Assembly: GCA_044229975.1 (NCBI GenBank)
Contig: JBGARZ010000002.1
Coordinates: 608,001 to 672,000, forward strand
Reading direction: 5' to 3'
Origin: Polyangiales bacterium
Lineage (GTDB): Bacteria > Myxococcota_A > Polyangia > Polyangiales > Ga0077539
Length of the DNA: 64,000 bases
Below the pieces are notes generated by a model that saw only the letters and a list, made by a program, of their open reading frames with translations, was not told the DNA's origin and did no database searches. Of this stretch, positions 39,918 to 49,232 are shown piece by piece; the stretch's first letter is position 1; each line of letters starts with the position of its first letter. Made by a program: the position numbers and the translations under genes.

Positions 39918-41375
39918 ATGAGCGACCTGAACAAGCCCGCCGACGACAGCTTCGCCTCCCTCTTCGCACAGTCCGGCGGCCCGAGCCGCAAGAGCGGTCC
40001 CTCCGTGAAGGTCGGCGCGCGCATCGAGGCGGCGATCGTCCAGATCACCGCCAACGCCGTCTTCGTCGACCTCGACCAGAAGCGTCAGGCGTACCTCGAC
40101 CGCGCCGAGGTGCTCGGCCCCGACGGCCAGCTCACCGTGAAGGTCGGCGACAAGCTCGTCGCCCACGTGCTGGAGATCGACGGCCGCTCCGGGTCGGTGC
40201 GCCTCGGCCGCTCGCTCGGGAAGAACGGCGACGTCAGCTCGCTCGAACTCGCGCGCGAGCAGGGCATCTCCGTCGAGGGGAAGATCGCCGCCATCAACAA
40301 GGGCGGCGCCGAGGTGGAGCTGTACGGCGTGAAGGCGTTCTGCCCGACGTCGCAGCTGGACAACCGCTTCGTGCAGGACCCCACCTCGCTCATCGGCAAG
40401 ACCTTCCAGTTCAAGGTCACCGAGGTGCGTGAGGGCGGCCGAAGCATCGTGCTGTCGCGCCGCGCCCACCTCGAAGCCGAGTCGCGCGAGGCGATGGACA
40501 AGCTCCTCACCACCCTCGCCCCCGGCGCCATCGTGAAGGGCACCGTCTCGGGCGTGCGCGACTTCGGCGCCTTCGTCGACCTCGGCGGCGTCGAGGGCCT
40601 CGTGCCCGCGAGCGAGCTCTCCCACGACAGCCGCGTGCGCCCCGCCGACATCGTCAACATCGGCGACGCCATGGAGGTGCAGGTCAAGGAGATCCGCGGC
40701 ACCGGCCGCGACACCAAGATCACCCTCTCGCTCAAGGCCCTCTCCGCCGACCCGTGGGAGGCCATCGAGGTCATCGCTCCGGTCGGTCGCGTGGTCTCCG
40801 GTGCGGTCACCCGCCTCGCCGACTTCGGCGCCTTCGTGCGCCTCGGCAGCGGCATCGAAGGACTCCTTCACGTCTCGGAGCTCCCGGGTCGCGTCGATCA
40901 TCCCTCCAAGGTGCTCGCCGAGGGCCAGGCGTTGCTGGTGGTGGTTCGGTCGGTCGACCGCGGCACCAAGAAGATCTCCCTCGCGCTCGCGCCCGAAGGC
41001 TCGACGGCAGGCAGCGCGGCCCAGTCCCGCTCGCTCCCCGTCGGAACCATCGTGAAGGCCACCGTCGACCGCATCGAGACCTTCGGGGTGTTCGTTCAGG
41101 TCGATGGGACCAACGGTCGCGCGGGTCGCGGGCTCATCCCCAACGCCGAGCTCGGCGTCCCCCGCGGGGCCGACCTCCGCAAGCTCTTCCCTGAGGGTCA
41201 CGCCGTCACCGCCAAGGTCGTCGAGACCGGCGAAGGTCGCCTGCGCCTCTCCATCCGCGCCATCGGCGCCGACGAAGAGCGCGCCGCCTACGACGGCTAC
41301 CAGAAGACCACCAAGGGCGCGGGGAAGACCGGCGCGACCCTCGGTGATCTCCTCAAGTCCCGCCTCAAGCTCTGA
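39918..41375 (+). CDS. Ribosomal protein bS1 paralogue (5 S1 domains)
   Basis: N-terminal DSFASLF; S1 repeats (AFCPTSQL, DFGAFVDLGGVEGLV..SEL, DFGAFV..GIEGLLHVSEL, TFGVFV); C-terminal TLGDLLK. Confidence 0.88.
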   Translation: MSDLNKPADDSFASLFAQSGGPSRKSGPSVKVGARIEAAIVQITANAVFVDLDQKRQAYLDRAEVLGPDGQLTVKVGDKLVAHVLEIDGRSGSVRLGRSLGKNGDVSSLELAREQGISVEGKIAAINKGGAEVELYGVKAFCPTSQLDNRFVQDPTSLIGKTFQFKVTEVREGGRSIVLSRRAHLEAESREAMDKLLTTLAPGAIVKGTVSGVRDFGAFVDLGGVEGLVPASELSHDSRVRPADIVNIGDAMEVQVKEIRGTGRDTKITLSLKALSADPWEAIEVIAPVGRVVSGAVTRLADFGAFVRLGSGIEGLLHVSELPGRVDHPSKVLAEGQALLVVVRSVDRGTKKISLALAPEGSTAGSAAQSRSLPVGTIVKATVDRIETFGVFVQVDGTNGRAGRGLIPNAELGVPRGADLRKLFPEGHAVTAKVVETGEGRLRLSIRAIGADEERAAYDGYQKTTKGAGKTGATLGDLLKSRLKL

Positions 41376-41417
41376 CCCGTAGCCACCGTCAACCGACGGC
41401 CCGCCCCCCGTCTCCCA

Positions 41418-43658
41418 TCACAGCCCCGCGCGCACCTCGTCGGACGAACCCGCCGCCCCATCGGGCGCGTCGCCGATCGCGCTGGTGCGGCCGCCTTCGC
41501 CGCCCATCCCACCGCCGCCGCGCGTGCACGTGAGCCCCGAGATCGAGGGCGAGCTGCCCAGGTAGTAGACGCACACCGACGGCCCGCCGGGGCCACCTGA
41601 TCCGCTGCCGCCCGTGCCGCCCGTGCCGCCGCGCGCGCCCGCGCCGCCGCCGCCCGCGTTGCCCGCAAAGCCGCCGCCCGCGCCGCCGTTGCCACCCGCG
41701 CCGCCGCTGCCGCCGTTGCCGCCGTTGCCGCCGGAGCCGCCGCGGCCCGACGAGAGTCGACAGTCCTCGATGCGGACGTTGGACGACGCGCTCATCACCG
41801 CAAAGGACCCGCCGCCCCCGGAGCCGCCGGTGCCTGGTGCGCCCGCGCAACCGCCACCACCACCGCCACCGCCTCCGCCGCCGTTGTGGTTGACGCACGA
41901 CGGCGGAAAGATGACCAGCGCGCTGCCGCCCGTCCCCGCGCCGCCGCCGCCACCGCCGCCGCCGGCCGCCGCGTCGGTTCCGCTCACGCCGCTCGGCGCG
42001 AGGTAGATGCCCGTGTTGGGGTCCGCCGAGCCGACGCTCGACGCGCTGCGGCCGTTGTTGCCGTTGCGGCCGTCGGTGCCGTTGTTCGCCGCGCCCGCCG
42101 CGGGGGGAGACGCCGCCATCACTCCCGCGCAGGTACCGAAGCACTCGATGCACGCCGTCCCGCGCGTCGCGCCTGCGCCGCCGCCGCCACCCGCCGCACC
42201 GCCCGCCGCCGTCGCGCCGATGGCCCCGCCTGCGCCAGGGGAAGCGCCCGAGCCCGACGCGCCGCCCGCGCCGCCCGTCGCACCGCAGGGCGATGATCCG
42301 CCGCCGCCACCGTTGGGCGTACCGCCGCCCGTGCCCGTCGCGCCGCTCGCGCCCGTCGTACCGTTGGTCCCTGCCGGCCCGCTCGCCCCGCTGCCCGCGG
42401 CGATGGTGCACGCCCGCAGCGTGAGCAGCGCCGACCCGTTGACCACGCGCACGCCGTAGCTGCTGCCGCCCGGCGTGGTCGCACTGGCCGATTGGATGGT
42501 GAGCAGTTGGAGCTCGGTCGCCCGCGCCAGCTCGTTGGCGAAGACCGCCGTGGTGTCGCCCTGGATCACCGACGACGTGTCGCGCGAGCGCGTCCACCCG
42601 CTGAGGTCGTCGTAGCCGCCGTAGAGGCTCACTCCGCCGACGAGCTCGACCGAGCTGCGGTAGGTGCCCTGCGCGACGTACACCGGCCGCAGGAGCGCCC
42701 CTATGCGCGCGAGGTTGATGGCCGCGGCGATGGTCTGGAGCGGCATGTCGCGCGTGCCGGGGTTGCCGTCCGAGCCGCGCGGCGACACGAACACCGCGAT
42801 GCTCGCGTCACCATCGATGCCGTCACAGTTGGTGTCCTGAAACATCAGGTCGGGCGCGTCGGCCACGCTGCGGTTGCACTCGCAGCCGTTGGCCGGCATC
42901 CGATCGACGTCCGCGAACCCGTCGGCGCAGGTGTACGCGCAGACACCCATGGCGCACGCGGCGGTCTGGTTGGGGCCCGCGGTGCAGCGCGTGCCGCAGG
43001 TTCCGCAGTTGGCGAGGTCGGTCTGGTAGTCGGGGCCCCGGTGCGCACACATCGGCGCGGTGCCCGCGACCATGCACATGTCGACGGTGCACGCGTCCAT
43101 GTCGTCGCAGTTGTACGGGGCGCTCCGAACGCAGCGGTTGCGGCCCGCCTGGCAGCTCCAGGTGCCGGTGCAGGGGTTGCCGTTGAGGCGCGCGCAGGTC
43201 GCGTCGCCGACCTCGCAGGGCAGCTCGGTGACGCAGCCCGACTCCTGCGCGCAGAACTGATCGCCCGGGCACCGCATGTCGTTGGACGCGTGCACGCAGC
43301 GCCCCGCCGCGGCGTCGCAGCTGTCGTCCGTGCACGCGACGGCGTCGTCGCAGCTCGCGGGTCCGCCCACCACCACGCAGCGCCCGAGGCGGCACGCCTG
43401 CGCGTTGGTGCAGAGGTCGGGCGCGGTGCAGTCGTCGACCGTGCGACACGCTCGACCTGCGTCGAGGGAGACGTCCACGGCTGCGTCGACGCCGAGGTCC
43501 GCGGGAGGCACATCGACACTGGCTTCGGTGACCGTGGGGAGGTCGTCGCTGCCCGCGTCGAGCACGCCCGTGTCGAGGTCGTAGACCACCGGCGTCGGGT
43601 CGTTGCAGGCCACGAGCAGGAGAATCCCCAGCGAGAGCAGGTGGCGAGAGCGTCCCAT
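41418..43658 (-). CDS. Lipoprotein: Cys-rich repeats + DUF1565/beta-helix-like domain + PGRS-like Gly-rich region
   Basis: Lipobox LVAC; CDD..ACT.D.C repeats; DTNCDGIDG; VFVSPRGSDGNPGT..PLQTIAAAI; GGY; long GGxGGxGG runs. Confidence 0.8.
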   Translation of the reverse strand: MGRSRHLLSLGILLLVACNDPTPVVYDLDTGVLDAGSDDLPTVTEASVDVPPADLGVDAAVDVSLDAGRACRTVDDCTAPDLCTNAQACRLGRCVVVGGPASCDDAVACTDDSCDAAAGRCVHASNDMRCPGDQFCAQESGCVTELPCEVGDATCARLNGNPCTGTWSCQAGRNRCVRSAPYNCDDMDACTVDMCMVAGTAPMCAHRGPDYQTDLANCGTCGTRCTAGPNQTAACAMGVCAYTCADGFADVDRMPANGCECNRSVADAPDLMFQDTNCDGIDGDASIAVFVSPRGSDGNPGTRDMPLQTIAAAINLARIGALLRPVYVAQGTYRSSVELVGGVSLYGGYDDLSGWTRSRDTSSVIQGDTTAVFANELARATELQLLTIQSASATTPGGSSYGVRVVNGSALLTLRACTIAAGSGASGPAGTNGTTGASGATGTGGGTPNGGGGGSSPCGATGGAGGASGSGASPGAGGAIGATAAGGAAGGGGGAGATRGTACIECFGTCAGVMAASPPAAGAANNGTDGRNGNNGRSASSVGSADPNTGIYLAPSGVSGTDAAAGGGGGGGGAGTGGSALVIFPPSCVNHNGGGGGGGGGGGCAGAPGTGGSGGGGSFAVMSASSNVRIEDCRLSSGRGGSGGNGGNGGSGGAGGNGGAGGGFAGNAGGGGAGARGGTGGTGGSGSGGPGGPSVCVYYLGSSPSISGLTCTRGGGGMGGEGGRTSAIGDAPDGAAGSSDEVRAGL

Positions 43659-43714
43659 GCTCGCGACGGTATCGCAGAGAGCGTCGCGACGACGAGGGTA
43701 TGCTCCGCGATCCA

Positions 43715-43999
43715 ATGACCGACACGCAGGGCATCATCGAGACGAAGCTGACCGAGGCGCTGGCTCCGACCCGGCTCACCATCGAGGACGAGGGGCACCT
43801 CCACGCGGGCCACGCCGGCGCGAAAGCCCACGGCGGCGGCCATTTCCGCGTGACCATCGTGAGCGCGGCCTTCGAGGGACTCGGGCCCGTGACGCGGCAC
43901 CGTCGGGTCTACGCCGTGCTGGCTGAGGAGATGAAGTCGCGCATCCACGCGCTGGCGCTGACCACGCTCACGCCGGCCGAAGACGCTCGCTCGGCGTAG
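43715..43999 (+). CDS. bolA: BolA family protein
   Basis: IEDEGHLHAGH, HFRVTIVS..FEG, RHRRVY, IHALAL. Confidence 0.92.
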   Translation: MTDTQGIIETKLTEALAPTRLTIEDEGHLHAGHAGAKAHGGGHFRVTIVSAAFEGLGPVTRHRRVYAVLAEEMKSRIHALALTTLTPAEDARSA

Positions 44000-44008
44000 G
44001 CGCCGACG

Positions 44009-45322
44009 TCACTCGGGCGCTGCGGCCGTGGGCTCCGTCGGCGGTCGCCGGACGCGCACCATCTTCACCCGCCGCGCGCTCGCCTCGACCACCTCCAGCT
44101 CGGCGCCGCCCGGCACCGCGATGGTGTCGCCCACCTGCGGGATGTGACCTGCGAGGACGATGCAGAGCCCGGCCAGCGTCGAGTAGTTGTCCCCCTCGGG
44201 CAGGTCGAAGTCGATGGCCCGGTTGACCTCGTGCACCGGCGTCTGGCCCGCGATGAGGTAGCTCCCCGCGGCCTCGCGCTGCACCCGCACCGGGGCCGGG
44301 TCGTTTTCGCTCAAGATCTCCCCGACCAGCTCTTCGAGGAGGTCTTCGACCGTCACGAGCCCGACCACCGTGCCCACCTCGTCGACGAGCATGGCGATGG
44401 GCGTGCGATCGGTCTGAAGCTCCTTGAGGAGGTCGACCGCGCGCACGCTGCCCGGCGTGAACTTGATGGGCCGCAGGTACGCCTCCAGCGAGAAGGTCTC
44501 GCCGCGCAGCACCGGCCCCAGCGCGTCACGCTGCGTGAGGTACCCGATCACGTTTTCTTCGGAGCCGTCGTAGACAGGGAGCCGCGCGAACCGCGCCGTG
44601 CGGGCGAGCAGACCGAGCTCGGCGCTGGTGACGTCCTTGGACACCATCACCACGGACCGCCGCGGCACCATCACATCGACGGCGCGCAGCGACTGGAAGT
44701 CGATGGCCCGCGACGCGATCTCGCTCGCGCTCTTGTCGAGCGAGCCCACGCGCGCGGCCTCCTCGACGAGCTCTTGAATCTCCTCGGGCGACAGCCGCGC
44801 CTCGGTGAAGCTGGTCTTGTCACCGACCAGGCCGAGCACCGCGTTGGAGGCCGCCGTGAGCACCCACACCAGCGGCCGCACCACCGACGCCATGCCCCGC
44901 AGCGCAGGTCCGAAGAGCAGCGAGTAGCGCTCCGCCGAGCGCAGCGCGAGCGACTTGGGCACCAGCTCGCCCACCACGATCTCCAGAAACGAGATGCACG
45001 CGATCACCGCCACGAGCCCGAGGGTCGACGCGTAGGCGCCCAGCAAAGGCACTCCGCGGAGGTGCACCGCCACGTCGTGCGCGAGCGCCTCGCCGCCGAA
45101 GGCCGCCGCCGTGGTGCCCACCACGGTGAGCCCGATCTGCACCGTCGCGAGGAAGCGCTCGGGCTTGTCGCGCAGCCACAGCACCGCCGCGACGCCGCCG
45201 CGCTTCTCCTCGGCCAGCTCCGCGAGACGCGTCTTGCGCACCGAGAGCACCGCGATCTCCGCCGCGGCGAAGAGCCCGTTGAGCAGCATCAGCACCATCA
45301 CGATGACGAGCTCGCCGATCAC
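44009..45322 (-). CDS. Hemolysin-family / CNNM (DUF21-CBS-CorC) membrane protein
   Basis: NGLFAAAEIA, FLATVQIG, GELVPKSLA, DVMVPR, TVEDLLEELVGEI, TLAG. Confidence 0.9.
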   Translation of the reverse strand: MIGELVIVMVLMLLNGLFAAAEIAVLSVRKTRLAELAEEKRGGVAAVLWLRDKPERFLATVQIGLTVVGTTAAAFGGEALAHDVAVHLRGVPLLGAYASTLGLVAVIACISFLEIVVGELVPKSLALRSAERYSLLFGPALRGMASVVRPLVWVLTAASNAVLGLVGDKTSFTEARLSPEEIQELVEEAARVGSLDKSASEIASRAIDFQSLRAVDVMVPRRSVVMVSKDVTSAELGLLARTARFARLPVYDGSEENVIGYLTQRDALGPVLRGETFSLEAYLRPIKFTPGSVRAVDLLKELQTDRTPIAMLVDEVGTVVGLVTVEDLLEELVGEILSENDPAPVRVQREAAGSYLIAGQTPVHEVNRAIDFDLPEGDNYSTLAGLCIVLAGHIPQVGDTIAVPGGAELEVVEASARRVKMVRVRRPPTEPTAAAPE

Positions 45323-45783
45323 GGGTGCCCTCGCTCTCCGTGGCCGTGGTGATGCCCATCGCCCTCACACCGCGCGTCGGCCCAGCCCACCCAGTACGGA
45401 CCATCCGGCCCGTGCTCGCGCTTCCAGATGGGCACCCGCGACTTGATGGCGTCGATGAGCGCCTGGCACCCGCGAAAGGCTTCGCCCCGATGCACCGCGC
45501 TCGCCGCGCACACCACGGCCGCGTCGCCGACCCCGAGCGAACCCACGCGGTGCAGCGCCGCAAAGCGAACGCCCGGCATCTGCGCGCTCAACTCCGCGGC
45601 GATGCGCTCCATCTCGGCGACCGCCATCGCCGGGTACGCCTCGTAGTCCAGGCGCGTCACGGCGCGGCCCTCGTTGTGGTCGCGCACCACCCCGACGAAC
45701 ACGTCGACGCCGCCCGCCGTCGGGTGCGCCACCGCTGCCACCACCGCCTCGATGGACAGCGCCTCCGTCGACAACGCGAACAT
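45319..45783 (-). CDS. moaE: Molybdopterin synthase catalytic subunit
   Basis: FVGVVR, LDYEAY, HRVG, HRGEAF, IKSRVPIWKRE. Confidence 0.95.
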   Translation of the reverse strand: MFALSTEALSIEAVVAAVAHPTAGGVDVFVGVVRDHNEGRAVTRLDYEAYPAMAVAEMERIAAELSAQMPGVRFAALHRVGSLGVGDAAVVCAASAVHRGEAFRGCQALIDAIKSRVPIWKREHGPDGPYWVGWADARCEGDGHHHGHGERGHP

Positions 45784-45789
45784 CCCCGC

Positions 45790-46275
45790 CTACTCCTCGC
45801 GCCGCCAGGTTCCGGTGCGGCCGCCGGACTTCTCCAGCAGCGCGACCTCGGTGATGACCACTCCGCGCTCCAGGCCCTTCACCATGTCGTAGAGCGCGAG
45901 CGCCGCGATGGACGCACCCGTCATCGCCTCCATCTCCACGCCGGTGCGGTCGCGCGCCTCGGCCGTCACGGTGATCTCGGCGCCCTCGTCGGTCCACGCG
46001 AGCGCCACGGTCACGCCCGTCAGCGCGACGTGGTGGCAGAGCGGAATCACCTCGGGTGTTCGCTTGGCGCCCATGATCGCCGCGAGGCGCACCGTCGCGC
46101 CCACGTCCCCCTTCGGACCGTCGCCCGACCGCGCCGCTGCCACCGTCGCGGGGAGCATCCGCAGCCGGGCCCTCGCCACCGCGCGTCGTTGCGTCTCGAC
46201 CTTCTCGCCGACCCCGACCATGTGCACCGCGCCGGACTCATCGACGTGCGTCGGACGCATCGGATCGTTGCTCAT
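45790..46275 (-). CDS. moaC: Cyclic pyranopterin monophosphate synthase
   Basis: THVDESG.VHMV, KGDV, IPLCH, TGVEMEAM, YDMVKG, EKSGG. Confidence 0.95.
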   Translation of the reverse strand: MSNDPMRPTHVDESGAVHMVGVGEKVETQRRAVARARLRMLPATVAAARSGDGPKGDVGATVRLAAIMGAKRTPEVIPLCHHVALTGVTVALAWTDEGAEITVTAEARDRTGVEMEAMTGASIAALALYDMVKGLERGVVITEVALLEKSGGRTGTWRREE

Positions 46276-46338
46276 CGCGGGCGACACCATCGCACAGCTC
46301 GCGCCGCGCGCGTGATAGCGTCGGCGCCGTCGACGGCC

Positions 46339-48033
46339 GTGCTGAGCAACGTGGTGAGGTTCCTGGCGCTGATTGGCGCGCTGGTGTTCGTGCATGAGCT
46401 CGGACACTTCGTGTGGGCGAAGGCGTACGGCATCAAGGTGCTGAAGTTTTCGCTGGGCTTCGGCCCGCGCGTCATCGGCATCCGCTACGGCGAGACCGAC
46501 TACTGCGTGGGCCTCGTCCCCTTCGGCGGCTTCGTAAAGATGCTGGGCGAAGACCCCGGCGACGAGATCCCCCACGAAGACCTCCCCCGCGCCTTCCACG
46601 CCCAGTCGCTGCGCCGACGCTTCGCCGTCGTGCTCGCCGGGCCGATGATGTCCCTGCTCTTCCCGGTGCTGCTCTACTTCGTGGCCCTCCTCGGTCGCAG
46701 CGACCTCACGCCGCCCCTCATCGGAACCGTCGCCGCCGGTTACCCCGCCGCCGGCCTCCTCCTCCCCGGCGACCGCGTGACGGCCATCGAGGGCCGGGAG
46801 ATCCAGTCCTTCGAGGAGATTCGCGAGGCCATCGCCCACGCCCCGCGCCACACGCTCCGCTTCGACGTCGAGCGCGCGGGCGTTCCCGTCGTCGTGCGCG
46901 TCACCCCGGAGGCCGTCACCACCGAGCGCCCCTTCGACGAGCGCGTCACCACCGGCTTCCTCGGCGTCGCGCCCGGCTTTCCGCTCCCGGTGGTCGGCGT
47001 CATCGCCCCGTCGCCCGCCCACACCGCGGGGCTCCGCACCTTCGACGTGGTGACCATGTACCGCGGCGCGCCCATCCGTCGCTGGTCCGACCTCGAAGCG
47101 TCGCTCACCCGCTCGCGCGGCTCGACGGTGCCGCTCGCCTTCCTCCGCCCGCGCGCCATCGAGGGCGCCCTCGGCGGTTTCATGGACATCGAGGTCTTCG
47201 ACCCCGGCCTCGCGCAGATCGCCCCCGAACCCGGCACCGGCGCGATGACCACCCGCACCGGCATCGAAGCCTCCGACCTCTACCTCTCCGACGTCGCCGC
47301 CGACAGCCCCGAGGCCCTCATGGGCCTGCGCCGAGGCGCTCGTGTGCTCGCCCTCGACGGCGCGACGCCGCCCTCCTGGGAGCGCTTCATCGCCTCGCTC
47401 ACGACGAGCCCCGCCCGCCTCCGCACGCTCCGCTTCACCCTCGACCATCGCACGGCGGAGGGCGGCTTCTCGCTGCGCCCCGTGATGATCACCGACGAGT
47501 TCGGCGAGCGCACCGTGCAGCTCCGTCCCGGCCTCGATCGCTGGCGGCCCATCGTCGCCGAGGCGCCCGTCGCCAACCCCCACCCGATCCGCTACGCGTT
47601 CTCGGGCGCCATCTCCGAGACCGCCGAGGCCCTGCGCTTCTTGAGCATCGGCATCGTGCGGATGCTCCAGGGCCGCGTCCCGGTCGCGAGCGTGGGCGGG
47701 CCCATCGCCATCTACGACGCGTCGCGCACCGTCGCGGTCGACGGCGTGTGGGGCTTCTTCCGTCTCATGGCGCTCATCAGCCTCAACCTCGGGCTGCTCA
47801 ACCTCCTCCCCGTGCCCACCCTCGACGGCGGCCACCTGCTCTTCTTCGGGATGGAGGCCGTGATGCGCCGCCCCGTCCCACTGCGCGTGCGGCAGGTGGC
47901 CTCGGTGCTCGGGCTCCTCCTCGTGGTGGGCGTGATGCTCCTCGCCTTCCGCAACGACCTCGAACGCAAGCTCGGCGTCGACCTCGGCGTCCACACCTCG
48001 GCGGCTTCACCGCTGGTCCCTGGTCCGGGGTAG
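46339..48033 (+). CDS. rseP: RIP metalloprotease RseP (site-2 protease) with expanded PDZ region
   Basis: VHELGHF, FSLGFGP, PFGGFVKM, AGP, GGPI, NLLPVPTLDGG. GTG start at 46339. Confidence 0.9.
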   Translation: MLSNVVRFLALIGALVFVHELGHFVWAKAYGIKVLKFSLGFGPRVIGIRYGETDYCVGLVPFGGFVKMLGEDPGDEIPHEDLPRAFHAQSLRRRFAVVLAGPMMSLLFPVLLYFVALLGRSDLTPPLIGTVAAGYPAAGLLLPGDRVTAIEGREIQSFEEIREAIAHAPRHTLRFDVERAGVPVVVRVTPEAVTTERPFDERVTTGFLGVAPGFPLPVVGVIAPSPAHTAGLRTFDVVTMYRGAPIRRWSDLEASLTRSRGSTVPLAFLRPRAIEGALGGFMDIEVFDPGLAQIAPEPGTGAMTTRTGIEASDLYLSDVAADSPEALMGLRRGARVLALDGATPPSWERFIASLTTSPARLRTLRFTLDHRTAEGGFSLRPVMITDEFGERTVQLRPGLDRWRPIVAEAPVANPHPIRYAFSGAISETAEALRFLSIGIVRMLQGRVPVASVGGPIAIYDASRTVAVDGVWGFFRLMALISLNLGLLNLLPVPTLDGGHLLFFGMEAVMRRPVPLRVRQVASVLGLLLVVGVMLLAFRNDLERKLGVDLGVHTSAASPLVPGPG

Positions 48034-48045
48034 AGTCGGACGCCT

Positions 48046-48702
48046 ATGCGTCGCTCACTGGAGCTCGACCTCGAAGCCTGTGACGCCCTGCTGGGGCTCC
48101 TCCGCCTGCACGCCGCCTCCGAGGTGCACCGCTGGCCGGCGCACCTTTCGGGCGTCCTCGTGTCCGCCGTCGCCGACGAGATGGACCGCATCGAGGAGAC
48201 CGTGCGCACCCTCGGCATGGCCTACGAGCACCTCGAATCGCACGGGGTCGCGACCCTCGACCGCACGCCTCAGTCGCGCTTCTCCGACGTCGACGAGGCG
48301 TTTCATCTCGTCGCCTGCCCGGTCGCTTTGGCCCTCGACCTCGACGCCCTCCGCGTCGCCCTCGACCGCGGCGACGCCGACACCCGCGACGAGGCCGTGC
48401 GCCTCTCCCACGCACTGCGCACGGTCATCGCTTCGGTCGCCGAGAGCGAGCTCCTCGTCTGCCGTCGGCTGCTCCTCGCCGGCGCCGAACAGCCGCCCGA
48501 CCGGGTGCTGCGCTTCGTCGACGCCTACCTCGCGAGCGCCTGGCCCGTCGGCGCCAAGCCGCAGGCGTCGCTCCCCAGCATGCTGCCCGTCGCGCTCGGG
48601 TACGAGGTGCACCCGTCGCTCACCGACGTCTCGACGAGCGCCCACTCGGGCGGCGACTCCACCGCCGTGTTTCGCCTCGACGCCGAGCTGGAGGACCTGT
48701 GA
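48046..48702 (+). CDS. Hypothetical protein
   Basis: 218-aa ORF with coding-like codon use; stop overlaps the next GTG. Confidence 0.65.
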   Translation: MRRSLELDLEACDALLGLLRLHAASEVHRWPAHLSGVLVSAVADEMDRIEETVRTLGMAYEHLESHGVATLDRTPQSRFSDVDEAFHLVACPVALALDLDALRVALDRGDADTRDEAVRLSHALRTVIASVAESELLVCRRLLLAGAEQPPDRVLRFVDAYLASAWPVGAKPQASLPSMLPVALGYEVHPSLTDVSTSAHSGGDSTAVFRLDAELEDL

Positions 48703-49232
48703 GCCGCAGACTCGGCGCCCTCCTGGCGCTGCTGTTATCGGTCGCACCGCTGACGGCCATCGCAACGACGGTGGTCCCGGTCACCACCGAGGAGCTCACC
48801 CGGCGCTCGGACGAGGTCGTGCTCGCCACGGTGCGCGCGTCGTCGTCGCGCTGGGAGCACGGGCTCATCGTCACGGACCACGAGCTCACGGTCGACGCCA
48901 CGGTCCGCGGCAGCGCCCTCCCCCGCGCCACCATCTTCGTCCGCACCCCCGGCGGAACCGTCGGCCGCATCACCCAGGTCATCCCCGACGCGCCCTCGCT
49001 GGAGGTCGGCCGCAGCTACGTCTTCTTCCTCTCCGGCGGCGTGGGCCAGGTTCGCTTCCTGGCGCATCTCACGGCGGCCGTGGTGCCCGTGCAGGCGTCT
49101 CCCCAGGGCGCCCTCGTCGCGCAGCCCCCGGTGGCGCTGCTCACCGACAGCTCGCGCTCCGCCGAGGCCGCCCCGGCGGCGCCCGTCTCGCTGCCCACGC
49201 TCCTCGATCGTGTTCGCGCGGTGCCGCGGTGA
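48699..49232 (+). CDS. Secreted hypothetical protein (typical partner of matrixin-type protease)
   Basis: Signal peptide; TTV....EELTRRSDEVVLATV...PGGTVG...YVFFL. Coupled to the protease gene by GTGA. Confidence 0.75.
   Translation: MSRRLGALLALLLSVAPLTAIATTVVPVTTEELTRRSDEVVLATVRASSSRWEHGLIVTDHELTVDATVRGSALPRATIFVRTPGGTVGRITQVIPDAPSLEVGRSYVFFLSGGVGQVRFLAHLTAAVVPVQASPQGALVAQPPVALLTDSSRSAEAAPAAPVSLPTLLDRVRAVPR

Noticed and set aside
41386..41399. CCGTC-AACC-GACGG hairpin between convergent genes
   Set aside because: A 5-bp stem without a U-tract is too weak to call a terminator.
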